From Gemmatimonadaceae bacterium (GTDB lineage Bacteria > Gemmatimonadota > Gemmatimonadetes > Gemmatimonadales > Gemmatimonadaceae), in assembly GCA_036266115.1 (NCBI GenBank), contig DATANT010000088.1, positions 1-31,431 on the forward strand: a DNA stretch of 31,431 bases, given 5' to 3'. Below, one piece after another: positions 9,352 to 18,217 of this stretch. The notes beneath the pieces were generated by a model, which saw only the letters and a program-made list of their open reading frames with translations, searched no databases and was not told the origin of the DNA. Within the stretch, counting starts at the first letter, position 1. Each line of letters opens with the position of its first letter. The position numbers and the translations under genes are program-made.

Positions 9352-9684
9352 CGCGCGTGCCGGTGATCGTCAGCGTGCGGGTCACGGTCGCACGACGGCT
9401 CTTTGCCCGCGGTGCCGCGCCGCTAAGTTCACTCCCCGGTACTCGTGGCCGCGGGATTGCAGGCCCCGGTCATCTGTCCGGGGGCGGAGCGCGGGCTCCG
9501 ATGCCATCGCGACGCGCGTTCCGGCGGCCATTCCGCGGAGCGGAGGCGGCGCGGGGTGGCGTGCCGATGCTCGAGGTGTTCAGGCTGGGGCGGCGTGCCG
9601 TGCCCGGCGATGTGGTGCGTCTGCTCGAGGCGCACGGTGCTGGCCCGGCAGGAGGGCGAAAGTGATCTCGCGACTGGTAATAGA

Positions 9685-10764
9685 ATGCGCATAGCGTTGT
9701 CCACCGGCGGCGGCGACGCGCCGGGCCTCAACGCCGTCATCCGGGCGGCGGTGCTCTCGGCCATCGATCGCGGCTGGGACGTGCTCGGCATCATCCGCGG
9801 CTTTTCGGGGCTGCTCGGTGACGACGAGGTGATCCGGCTCACGCGGGAGTCCGTGCGCGGCATCGCGCACATGGGCGGCACCATCCTGCGTACCACGAAT
9901 CGTGGGAGCCCGTTCGCGTATCCCGTGCGGCAGCCCGACGGCACGTACGTGGAGGTGGACCGCTCCGACGAGCTGATGGAGAATGCCGCCAACCTCGGCA
10001 TCGACGCCATCATCACCATCGGCGGCGACGGCTCGCTGGCCATCGGGCAGCGGCTCGTGAAGAAGGGGATGAAGATCATCGGGGTGCCGAAGACCATCGA
10101 CAACGACGTGAGCTGCACCGTCACGACGTTCGGCTTCGACACCGCGGTGCAGACGGCGCTCGAGGCCATCGACAAGCTGCACACCACCGCCGAGAGCCAC
10201 GACCGGGTGATCGTGCTCGAGGTGATGGGGCGCGACACCGGCTTCATCGCGCTGCATTCCGGCCTGGCCGGCACGGCGGACGTCATCCTCATCCCCGAGA
10301 TTCCCTACGACATCGGCGCCGTGTGCGAGAAGGTGATGGCGCGCGACCGCGCGGGCCGCCGCTTCTCCATCATCGTCGCGGCCGAGGGCGCGTTCCCCAA
10401 GGGAGGCGCGGAGTCGGTGATGGGCGCCTCGCTGCCGGGGCAGGCCAAGCGCGTGGGCGGCATCGCCGAGTCGCTGGCGCGGCAGATCCAGGAGTGCACC
10501 GGCAAGGAGTGCCGGTCGCTCGTGCTGGGCCACCTGCAGCGCGGCGGGCAGCCCACCGGCTACGACCGGCTGCTGGCCACACGCTTCGGCGGCGCCGCGG
10601 TGCGCGCCGTGGCGGACGAGAAGTGGGGGCACATGGTGGCGCTGCAGTCGCCGCACATCGTCACGGTGCCCATCGAGGAGGTGCTGCGCCAGTCCAAGCG
10701 CGTGGATCCCAATCACGACGTGGTGCAGACCGCGCGGTCCACGGGGATCTCGTTCGGGGATTAG
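9685..10764 (+). CDS. pfkA: 6-phosphofructokinase
   Basis: ATG at 9685 verified. Motifs GGGDAPGLNAV, IGGDGSLA, MGRDTGF and LGHLQRGG. 359 aa. Confidence 0.9.
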   Translation: MRIALSTGGGDAPGLNAVIRAAVLSAIDRGWDVLGIIRGFSGLLGDDEVIRLTRESVRGIAHMGGTILRTTNRGSPFAYPVRQPDGTYVEVDRSDELMENAANLGIDAIITIGGDGSLAIGQRLVKKGMKIIGVPKTIDNDVSCTVTTFGFDTAVQTALEAIDKLHTTAESHDRVIVLEVMGRDTGFIALHSGLAGTADVILIPEIPYDIGAVCEKVMARDRAGRRFSIIVAAEGAFPKGGAESVMGASLPGQAKRVGGIAESLARQIQECTGKECRSLVLGHLQRGGQPTGYDRLLATRFGGAAVRAVADEKWGHMVALQSPHIVTVPIEEVLRQSKRVDPNHDVVQTARSTGISFGD

Positions 10765-10793
10765 GTCGGCATCGCGCCAACGCCGCTCGCCTT

Positions 10794-10835
10794 GCCGCCC
10801 CAACCTGCGCACGTAGGTTGGGGCGGCTTGCGTTT
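10794..10835 (+). terminator. Intrinsic-terminator-like hairpin after pfkA (13-bp perfect stem GCCGCCCCAACCT / AGGTTGGGGCGGC, 8-nt loop) followed by the T-containing tail TTGCGTTTGCGG
   Basis: Arms verified as exact reverse complements. Sits 30 nt after the pfkA TAG. Confidence 0.6.
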
Positions 10836-10897
10836 GCGGCCCCAGTGGCGTTCGGCGGACGCGCGCGGATCTCCGGCCTTCACTTTCGACTCACTCT

Positions 10898-11953
10898 GTG
10901 TACTCGACCTGCCTCTTCTGTCATGGTGCGCTGGGTGCGAATCCGCTCATCGAGAGCTTCCCGGTGGGGCGCCGCCTCGCCTTCGACGGCGCGCGCGGAC
11001 GGCTCTGGGTGATCTGCACGAAGTGCGGGCAGTGGAACCTCACGCCGCTGGAGGAGCGCTGGGAAGCGGTGGAGGATTGCGAGCGCCACTACCGGACGGC
11101 ACGCCGACGCGTCACGACCGATCAGATCGGTCTCGCGCGCGTCGCCGGCGAGCTGGATCTGATCCAGATCGGGCGGCCGCTTCGCCCCGAGTTCGCCGCG
11201 TGGCGCTACGGGGAGCGCTTCCGTCAGCGGCGGAGACGCCACCGGCTCGTCCGCGGCATCACGCTGGCCGCGTTCATCGGCGGAGCGGCGACGGGCTACT
11301 TGCCGGCGGGTTCGGCGTGGCTCCTCTACACCATGGCGTACGGATGGCTGATGCGTCGCAGTGAGCGGCAGACCGAGGTGGGCGCCGCTCGGCGGTTCAT
11401 CGCGTGGACGGTCGCCGAGCGCACCGGAGCGCAGCTGCCGGCCGATCAGGCGGGTTTCGTCGAGACCCGCCTGATCTCGACCGCGGACGAGCAAGGCTGG
11501 GGAATCCGGCTCGGCTCTCAGCCCGATGCCATCGACATCACGGGCGCCGACGCGCTCCAGGCCGCGCACCTGCTGCTGCCGGCCAGTAACGGCTTTGGCG
11601 CGTCGCTCCGGGATGTGGATCGCGCCATTCGCGCGATCGAGGACGTAGGCGACCCGTCACGATTCTTCTCCCACGCGCTGGAGCGCGTGCGCCGCCGGGG
11701 CGACGTCTACTCGTCCATCGTCGCGTACGAGCCCGTGGTGCGGCTGGGGCTCGAGATGGCTGCGCACGAGGAGACGGAGCGCCGCGCCATGGACGGCGAG
11801 CTCCAGCGGCTGGAAGCAGCCTGGCGCGCCGCGGAGGAGATCGCGCGGATCGCCGACGACCTGCTCGTGCCCGAGGCCGTACACGATCGCATTCGTCTGG
11901 CGAGGAGCGAGAAGGGCGCGAGTGCCTCGCCAGTCAAGCCGGAGTGCGGATAG
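10898..11953 (+). CDS. Hypothetical membrane protein with an N-terminal CxxC…CxxC zinc ribbon, one TM helix and a C-terminal domain of unknown function
   Basis: Cys pairs CLFCHG…CTKCGQW. Hydrophobic segment GITLAAFIGGAATGYLPAGSAWLLYTMAYGWLM. Protein-like composition with W, Y, F and I throughout. Confidence 0.55.
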   Translation: MYSTCLFCHGALGANPLIESFPVGRRLAFDGARGRLWVICTKCGQWNLTPLEERWEAVEDCERHYRTARRRVTTDQIGLARVAGELDLIQIGRPLRPEFAAWRYGERFRQRRRRHRLVRGITLAAFIGGAATGYLPAGSAWLLYTMAYGWLMRRSERQTEVGAARRFIAWTVAERTGAQLPADQAGFVETRLISTADEQGWGIRLGSQPDAIDITGADALQAAHLLLPASNGFGASLRDVDRAIRAIEDVGDPSRFFSHALERVRRRGDVYSSIVAYEPVVRLGLEMAAHEETERRAMDGELQRLEAAWRAAEEIARIADDLLVPEAVHDRIRLARSEKGASASPVKPECG

Positions 11954-11956
11954 CGC

Positions 11957-11991
11957 GCTCCCGCGCGCGGTCGGCGACGGCGCGCGGGAGC
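11957..11991. terminator. Hairpin between the convergent Zn-ribbon and desaturase genes (12-bp perfect stem GCTCCCGCGCGC / GCGCGCGGGAGC, 11-nt loop)
   Basis: Arms verified as exact reverse complements. Confidence 0.5.
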
Positions 11992-11997
11992 ATGTTC

Positions 11998-13185
11998 TCA
12001 CTGCGCGCTGGCCGTCGTCGGGGGCGTGAGCTGGGCCAGCTGCGTCTGCACCGACTGCACGATGATCTCCCGCGCTCGGCGGGCGATGTCGTCCAGCGAC
12101 GGCGAGGCGGCGTACATCTGCCGCGCGCGCTGGCGCAGCTCCTCCACCGTGGGCACGTGCGGCAGATGCAGCTCGGCCAGCGCCGCCTCCGCCTGGGGCC
12201 AGGGGCCGTGCGCCCACGCCTCGCGCGTGCGCGCCACGATCTGATCCACCGGGAAGCTGGCCGCGAGCTGCCGCGCCACCTTCTCCACCACGCCGCGTCC
12301 CAGCTTCTTCTCGTTGCGCACGATGGCTTCCGGCGGCGCGTTCAGGTCCCACACCACGCGCACCCACGAGAGCGCCTTGAGGACGTAGAACGTGATGTCC
12401 ACCTCCCACCAGCGAAAGCCCTGGCGCGTGGAGGCCATGTAGGCGTGGTGGTTGTTGTGCCACCCCTCGCCGAGCGTGATGACGGCCAGCCACCAGTTGT
12501 TGCGCGAGTCGTCGCCGGTGACGTAGCGCTGCTTGCCGTGCACGTGCGCCAGCGAGTTGATCATGAAGGTGCCGTGGTACACCAGCACGGTGCTCCAGAA
12601 GAAGCCCACGATGAGCCCGGACCATCCGGCCACGAGCCAGGCCCCGACGGCAAGTGCCGCGGCGGACACGTACTCGTGCCTGTTGAGCCACACGAGCTCC
12701 GGGAACTTCGTGAGGTCGGGCAGCGCGTCGTAGTCGGTGTCCGTGTGCTGGGGCGAGAAGATCCACCCCATGTGCGAGTACCAGAAGCCGCGGTGTCGAG
12801 GCGAGTGCACGTCGTGCTCGGTGTCCGAGTGCTTGTGATGGTGCCGGTGCTTGGCCGCCCACCAGAGCGCGCCACGCTGGGCGGTGCTCTGCGCGAGGAG
12901 CGCGAGCAGGAACTGTCCCACCCGGCTGGTCCGGAACGAGCGGTGCGAGAAGTAGCGGTGGTAGCCGGCGGTGACACCGAACATGCGCGTCACGTAGAGC
13001 ACCACGCAGATGACGAGCGCCTCCGCCGTCACCCCGGTCCAGATCGCGGCCAGACACACGACGTGGACGAGCGCGAAGGGAATCGGATCGGGATGGATGA
13101 TGTCGTCGTGGTACTCGTCATCGTGCTGGTCGTGGCCGAGCGGGGTGGCGCTCGCGTGCAGCGGGGCGTTGTGCGGTGCGGTCAA
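11998..13185 (-). CDS. desC: Acyl-CoA (stearoyl-CoA-type) delta-9 fatty-acid desaturase
   Basis: Three His boxes: HRYFSH, HRHHH(KH) and HNNHH. Hydrophobic TM pairs are present. The ORF track extends to 13347 and would overlap the upstream TetR gene by 105 bp. I place the start at TTG 13185 (GAGGAT 6 nt upstream). The first 54 codons of the longer ORF are Pro/Arg-rich junk. Confidence 0.8.
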   Translation of the reverse strand: MTAPHNAPLHASATPLGHDQHDDEYHDDIIHPDPIPFALVHVVCLAAIWTGVTAEALVICVVLYVTRMFGVTAGYHRYFSHRSFRTSRVGQFLLALLAQSTAQRGALWWAAKHRHHHKHSDTEHDVHSPRHRGFWYSHMGWIFSPQHTDTDYDALPDLTKFPELVWLNRHEYVSAAALAVGAWLVAGWSGLIVGFFWSTVLVYHGTFMINSLAHVHGKQRYVTGDDSRNNWWLAVITLGEGWHNNHHAYMASTRQGFRWWEVDITFYVLKALSWVRVVWDLNAPPEAIVRNEKKLGRGVVEKVARQLAASFPVDQIVARTREAWAHGPWPQAEAALAELHLPHVPTVEELRQRARQMYAASPSLDDIARRAREIIVQSVQTQLAQLTPPTTASAQ

Positions 13186-13241
13186 CTGCGGATCCTCGGG
13201 TCGGGATGGCGCCGCGGGTGTGGCGGGCCGGGTTGGAGGTG

Positions 13242-13859
13242 TTACGAGACGTGGGTGGGAACGGGGTGCGCCACGAGGGCGCCGAGCGTGGCCATGTACT
13301 GCTCCACGTCGAAGCGGGAGGGATCCATGACCGCCTGCAGCGCGCATCCCTCGATGAAGCCCGCCACCACACCGGCCAGCCCCAGCGGCGTGACGCCGGC
13401 GAAGCGCTGGGGGGCGCTCTCCACCACCTGCTGGGCGATGACGAGCAGGGAGTCGCGGTAGCGGTCGAGCGCCCCGCGGATGGTCTGGCGCACCGCGGGG
13501 TTGCGGGTGCCCAGCACCCAGTAGTCGAAGAACAGCTCGACGCGGGCGCGCTGTCGCGGCAGCCGCTCGATGTCGCGCCGGACGATGGCCAGCATGCGCT
13601 CGGCCGGATCGGCGATGGTGACGGCCAGGCCGCGCACCTCGCCGGCGACGATGGTCCGCTCGAGCAGCCAGTCGAGCAGTGCGATCAGCAGGGCGTCGAT
13701 CGTCTTGAAGTAGAAGAAGACCAGGCCGCTGCTGATGCGCGCCTCGGTGGCGACGCTGCGCGCGGTGACCCCGGCCAACCCCGAGCGCGCCGCCACGGCG
13801 AAGGCGGCCCGCAGGATGTCGTGCCGGCGCTGCTCTTCGGGCGCTTTCCGTCCAGGCAT
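13242..13859 (-). CDS. TetR-family transcriptional regulator (DesT-like placement upstream of the desaturase)
   Basis: ATG at 13859-13857 verified. TetR HTH (ILRAAFAVAARSGLAGVTARSVATEARISSGLVFFYF). 205 aa. The long 477-aa ORF in the track is a GC artifact. Confidence 0.8.
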   Translation of the reverse strand: MPGRKAPEEQRRHDILRAAFAVAARSGLAGVTARSVATEARISSGLVFFYFKTIDALLIALLDWLLERTIVAGEVRGLAVTIADPAERMLAIVRRDIERLPRQRARVELFFDYWVLGTRNPAVRQTIRGALDRYRDSLLVIAQQVVESAPQRFAGVTPLGLAGVVAGFIEGCALQAVMDPSRFDVEQYMATLGALVAHPVPTHVS

Positions 13860-13945
13860 GCGGTGCGGCGGTCTGCGGGGTATGATGCGGCGGGAGCTCG
13901 GCGGTTCCGAATTGCCGAGCCGGCTGGTGGCGGGGAGGGAAACGT

Positions 13946-13965
13946 CATTGATCGCGCGGTCAATG
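13946..13965. promoter_or_regulatory. Candidate operator: inverted repeat CATTGA-N8-TCAATG in the divergent TetR/secreted-protein intergenic region
   Basis: Arms are exact reverse complements, in a locally AT-richer stretch about 87 bp upstream of the TetR start. Confidence 0.3.
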
Positions 13966-14194
13966 TCAACGCGCCGGGCTCGGCCGAGCCGTGCGCGGAG
14001 GGATTCGCCGGGCCGCGACTGTCCACCGGCGCGTGTCCCGCAGCGGGGACACTCGCGGGCGTAGCTGCGGGGTGCTGTCGTAAGTCGTTGTCTCGTGGGC
14101 TGTTGGCAGCACCGTACGGCGGCGCCCGGGTGGCACCGGCCGTGCATTCCTGGGGTGTGCCGCTGGCTGTACGGCGGTTCAATGCGGAGGCTCG

Positions 14195-14692
14195 ATGAAG
14201 GGTTGGGTCGTACTGATGTTGGGATTCTCGGCCTCGGCCGCCACCGCGCACGCCCAGCAGGGTGAGACGGGGGAGGTGCCGGCGCAGTACGCGCCGCCGC
14301 CCGGGATGTGCCGGGTGTGGCTGGCGGGGGTTCCCGCCGCGCAGCAGCCCGCGCCCACCGATTGCGCGACCGCCATCCGCAAGCGGCCCAGTCAGGGACG
14401 CGTGCTCTTCGGCGCGGATCGCGAGACGGCGCGGCCCGTGGTGCTGCCCGCCAGGCCGCCGGCGGCGACCGCGGACGAGGATCGGCGGGCGAGACGCGAG
14501 CCGGCGAGCGAGGAGCGGCGGGCGAGACGGGAGCCAGCGGACGAGCAGCGTCGCGATCCGCCGCGCGCGGAGCGGCGCGCGGAGCCGCGCACCGAGCCGC
14601 GCACCGAGCCTCAAGCGGAACCGCGCGCGGAGTCACGCGCGGAGCGCACCCGGCGCGGCGCGCCGCCCTCCGCACGCTCCCGGCAGCCGTAG
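14195..14692 (+). CDS. Sec-secreted small protein with two Cys and a highly charged Arg/Glu/Pro-rich repetitive tail; function unknown
   Basis: Perfect GGAGG 5 nt upstream of ATG 14195. Signal peptide MKGWVVLMLGFSASAATAHA|QQ. Mature protein begins QQGETGEVPAQYAPPPGMCRVWLAGVP…DCATAIRKRP. The tail carries RRARREPASEE / RRARREPADEQ and EPRT-type repeats. Confidence 0.55.
   Translation: MKGWVVLMLGFSASAATAHAQQGETGEVPAQYAPPPGMCRVWLAGVPAAQQPAPTDCATAIRKRPSQGRVLFGADRETARPVVLPARPPAATADEDRRARREPASEERRARREPADEQRRDPPRAERRAEPRTEPRTEPQAEPRAESRAERTRRGAPPSARSRQP
14484..14652 (+). repeat. Tandem DNA repeats inside the secreted-protein gene: a 33-bp unit x2 (14484-14549, about 28/33 identical) and six degenerate 12-bp units (14581-14652, GAGCCGCGCACC-like)
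   Basis: Units aligned by eye. They encode the RRARREPAxE and EPRT/EPRA/ESRA peptide repeats. Confidence 0.6.
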
Positions 14693-14745
14693 CAGCGCCG
14701 CGCCAGGCTTCCTATCACGGCGTCGTCCTTGCACGTTTCCCCGAC

Positions 14746-17514
14746 GTGCGCACAATCCATGACCGCTACCTGCCCCCCGATCACGACGCGTTCGTCGCCG
14801 CCGAGCCGCCCACCGGCCGCGTGATCGTCATCGCGCCCACGCGCGCCGCGTGCGAGACCATCGAGCTCGCACTGCACCTTCACATCGACACCTTCCTGGA
14901 GAAGCACCACGGGGTGCGCGTGCGTGAGCTCGCCGCCTCGGGCCGCGGCTTCGGCATCGTGGCCGGCACCGGCACGGGCAAGACGCTCGCCGTGCGGCCC
15001 ATCGCCGAGATCATCCTGGGCTCGGACGAGCTCCGGGTGGGCGTGGTGAACCGGGAGCGCGAGGCCACGCCGGACACGCCGTCGTGGAACGTGGTGATCG
15101 TCACCACCGGCATCGCGCGGCGCTGGTTCCAGGACGGCGACATCCTGCCGCAGGACACGCTCGTGGTGGACGAGATCCACCAGACGTCGGCGGAGCTGGA
15201 GCTGTGCCTGGCGCTGGGCAAGCGCGTGGGCTGCCGGTTCGTGTGGCTCTCGGCCACCGTGGACCCGGAGTTCTACGCGCGATACCTGGACTCCGCCGAC
15301 GTGCTCGAGGTGTCCGCGTTCGATCCCACCAAGGCCGCCACGGTGAAGGTGGTGAACCGGGAGCCGCTGGAGTTCCTGGACGAGCGCTTCCTGCAGAACA
15401 CCGTGAAGCAGCGGCGCGGCGTGGGCATGTTCGTGCCCACCCGCAAGATGACGGAGGAGCTGGCGCTCGCGGTGGAGCGGCGCGCCCCCCGCGTCAACAG
15501 CGTGTTCTATCACGGTGGTGAGCCCATCCGCGTGCTGCGCCCGTTCCTGGAAGGCGCGGAGAGCAAGCCGTTCTTCCTCTCGATGACCGCGGCGGGCCAG
15601 AGCGCACTCAACGTGCAGGGGCTGGACACCGTGGTGATCGACGACACGCGCTTCGCGAACGTCATCGAGCGCGGGAAGAACGTGCTCACGCGCGTGCACC
15701 TGGGGGCCAACGAGATCCTGCAGATGGCCGGTCGCGTGCATGGCCGCGTGGAGGGCGGACGCGTGTTCATCCTCAGCGACCGCGACATCGACTTCCGCAC
15801 GCTCCGTCCCACCGAGCCCGAGTTCCAGCTGGCGGGCGACTCGGAGCGCGTGGCGCTCACCTGCGCGGACCTCGGCGTGCGCGCCGACGAGCTGGATCTG
15901 CCGGTGCCGCTGGACCGGCGGGCCTACCGCGAGGCGCTCGCGCTGCTGGAGGCGCGCGGCATCGTGGAGCACGGCCGGCTCTCGCGCTACGGCAAGCTGG
16001 TGGAGGCGCTGCCGGTGGATCGCGCGTGGGCGGAGCTCATCGTCAACGCCGAGGACGAGCTCATGCCGTACCTCGCGGTGATGAGCTCCATCGAGAGCCT
16101 GCACCGGATGACGCGCGAGGAGCGCGACCTGGAAGGGTTGGTGGTGCCGGGCAGCGACCACCTCACGAGCTACAACGTGTACGCCGAGGCGTACCAGCAG
16201 TGCGGCTACATGGGCGCGGTGTACGGGCTGCCCCGCCACCTGTTCGACGAGAGCGTGGAGCAGTGGGCGGAGCGGCGCGGCGTGCTCGTGAAGTCCATCG
16301 AGGACGCGGCGCTCGCCATGGCGAGCGTCTTCCGCGCGGTGGGGCTGCCGCTGCCCGAGCAGATGCCCTTCGCCGGCGAGAAGGTGTACCGCCGCTTCGT
16401 GGACCTCGTCGCGCGCTTCATGCCGTTCGATCTCGTGATCGACGAGGAGACGGCGGACGGGCAGTCGGCGCGCGTGTCCAAGACCAGCGTGTGCGGCAGC
16501 TGGGGCGCGGTGGCGGGCACGCTGCGCTACTTCGCCGACCGCTCGGGCATCCCGCGTGCCGGCATCGAGGGCACGCAGATCCCGGCCGACCTGCTGCGCC
16601 GGTACGCACAGCGCGGCGAGGCGGAGCTGATCTACGATCCGCGGCGCAAGCGCGATCCGCTGGTGCTGCGCACGCGATTGGAGTACTACGGCTTCGAGCT
16701 GTCGCGCGAGTCGGAGCCGGTGGGCGAGTGGACGCCGGATCTCGCGCCAGCGGTGCGGCGCGCGCTGGCCGAGGCGCTGGCGCGCGGCGAGGCGCGGCAC
16801 CCGGCGGCGCGGCGCAACCAGCAGATGATCGAGGAGGTGCGCGAGCTGTACCGCCGCTCCGGCGGGCGCACGCCCCGGCTCGGCCTCCGCGAGCTGAGCG
16901 ACGTATACGAGGGAATGCTGGCGGATGTGGACTCGCTGGACGCGTTTCGCGCCGCGCCGCTGCGCCTCGCCCGCGCCGACTTCGTGCCCGATGACGAGGC
17001 GGCCGCCTACCTGGCGCTGCCAGGCGCCGCCGAGGTGCGAGGGCGCACGGTGCCCGTGGACTACGACGTGGAGGAGGGCGACGGCGGGTTGGTGGGCGTG
17101 GCCCGCCTCCGGCTGCCGGAGAAGGTGGCGCGGACGCTGACCGAGGAGGAGCTCCCGGAGCTGGACCGGCCCGTTCGCTTCACCGTGCTGCGCGGTCAGC
17201 GTGGCGCGGTGCGCGCCGCGACGCTCCCCGAGCTGCAGGAGGCGCTGGACCGTCCCTGGTCGCCGGACGAGATCCCGGGCCCCGGGGGGCGGCACCGGCG
17301 GCGCGACGGACGCTGGGAGGCGCAGCGGAACGGCCAGCGGAACGGCCGCCACGCGGACGGCGACGAGCTGCGGCCGCCGGCCGAGGGAGCGGTGCGTGAG
17401 GTGGCGGAGGCGCGCCACGAGCGGGGCAGCGGCGGGCGCGGCCGGCGCGGTGGGCCTCCGGGGGCGCCGGGCGGACAGCGCGGCGGGCCTCGCGGGCGAA
17501 AACGGCGAGGCTGA
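14746..17514 (+). CDS. DEAH/RHA-family ATP-dependent helicase (HrpA/HrpB-like) with a C-terminal Arg/Gly-rich (RGG-like) tail
   Basis: Walker A GIVAGTGTGKT, DEIH box (VVDEIHQ) and SAT motif. HA2-like segment (LLEARGIVEHGRLSRYGKLVEALPVDRAWAELIV). Tail …GGRGRRGGPPGAPGGQRGGPRGRKRRG. The start is uncertain: the frame is open from 14308, overlapping the previous gene, so I use the in-frame GTG 14746 downstream of the upstream stop. Confidence 0.8.
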   Translation: MRTIHDRYLPPDHDAFVAAEPPTGRVIVIAPTRAACETIELALHLHIDTFLEKHHGVRVRELAASGRGFGIVAGTGTGKTLAVRPIAEIILGSDELRVGVVNREREATPDTPSWNVVIVTTGIARRWFQDGDILPQDTLVVDEIHQTSAELELCLALGKRVGCRFVWLSATVDPEFYARYLDSADVLEVSAFDPTKAATVKVVNREPLEFLDERFLQNTVKQRRGVGMFVPTRKMTEELALAVERRAPRVNSVFYHGGEPIRVLRPFLEGAESKPFFLSMTAAGQSALNVQGLDTVVIDDTRFANVIERGKNVLTRVHLGANEILQMAGRVHGRVEGGRVFILSDRDIDFRTLRPTEPEFQLAGDSERVALTCADLGVRADELDLPVPLDRRAYREALALLEARGIVEHGRLSRYGKLVEALPVDRAWAELIVNAEDELMPYLAVMSSIESLHRMTREERDLEGLVVPGSDHLTSYNVYAEAYQQCGYMGAVYGLPRHLFDESVEQWAERRGVLVKSIEDAALAMASVFRAVGLPLPEQMPFAGEKVYRRFVDLVARFMPFDLVIDEETADGQSARVSKTSVCGSWGAVAGTLRYFADRSGIPRAGIEGTQIPADLLRRYAQRGEAELIYDPRRKRDPLVLRTRLEYYGFELSRESEPVGEWTPDLAPAVRRALAEALARGEARHPAARRNQQMIEEVRELYRRSGGRTPRLGLRELSDVYEGMLADVDSLDAFRAAPLRLARADFVPDDEAAAYLALPGAAEVRGRTVPVDYDVEEGDGGLVGVARLRLPEKVARTLTEEELPELDRPVRFTVLRGQRGAVRAATLPELQEALDRPWSPDEIPGPGGRHRRRDGRWEAQRNGQRNGRHADGDELRPPAEGAVREVAEARHERGSGGRGRRGGPPGAPGGQRGGPRGRKRRG

Positions 17515-17538
17515 GGCCCCGGGGTACCGGGGGTTCCG

Positions 17539-18048
17539 TCAGGGTGCCGGGGCCACCGTGTAGCGCTCGGTGCGGTAGGGCTGGAAGCCGCGCGCCACGT
17601 AGTTGGGAAGCGCCGCCGGGTGGTCCAGCGTGCAGGTCTGCAGCCACACGCGGGTGGCGCCGAGCGCCCAGGCCTCGTCCACCGCGCGGACGAGCAGCCA
17701 CCTGCCCAGCCCCTGTCCGAGGAACGCGGGCAGGAGTCCGAAGTAGGCGATCTCCACGCTCTCGTCTTCGTGACGCACGAGCTCGAAGTAGCCGGCCATG
17801 GCGCCGTTCACGGAGAGCACCCACACCGCGACGTTGGGACTCACGAGATGGGCGTGGAGTCGCTCGTCGCTCCAGGCCAGCCGGTCGTGCCACCGGTATG
17901 CGGCGCCTACCCCGGCGTACAGCTCGCGGTAGCGGGATACGGCGCACGGCTGGCAGAGCCGCAGGCCGGCGGCGAGGCCCGACGGTGGCGGGGCCGGCTG
18001 CAGCCGCGCAGGGTCGCGGAGTTCCAGGTACGTGCGCTCGACGTCCAT
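17539..18048 (-). CDS. GNAT-family N-acetyltransferase
   Basis: ATG at 18048-18046 verified. Motif-A-like LGQGLGRWLLVRAV. 169 aa. Confidence 0.75.
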   Translation of the reverse strand: MDVERTYLELRDPARLQPAPPPSGLAAGLRLCQPCAVSRYRELYAGVGAAYRWHDRLAWSDERLHAHLVSPNVAVWVLSVNGAMAGYFELVRHEDESVEIAYFGLLPAFLGQGLGRWLLVRAVDEAWALGATRVWLQTCTLDHPAALPNYVARGFQPYRTERYTVAPAP

Positions 18049-18217
18049 GCGCCATCGTAGGCGCGGGCAGGGCGGGAGGCAAGCGGTGCACGGCGATCCT
18101 GGCTGCTGCACGCCCCGTGGCACGCGATGGGCCCGGCCCCTTTCCACGAGGGGCAGGGCGTGGGCAAGTTATGCCCGGCATCCGGGTGCGGAATCACGAC
18201 GCGACCACGACGGTTCG

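Noticed and set aside
11657-13461. 466-aa minus-strand and 505-aa plus-strand ORFs over the desaturase locus
   Set aside because: They are out-of-frame or antisense shadows of the desaturase gene. Neither contains the His-box motifs, which occur only in the 11998-13347 frame.
13242-14675. 477-aa version of the TetR ORF and a 309-aa minus-strand ORF at 13685-14614
   Set aside because: The sequence upstream of ATG 13859 is Pro/Arg/Ala-rich. It overlaps the well-supported secreted-protein gene on the other strand.
14611-17418. 935-aa minus-strand ORF
   Set aside because: It is antisense to the DEAH helicase gene, with Arg/Ala/Gly/His-rich nonsense composition and no motifs. This is the usual high-GC antisense artifact.
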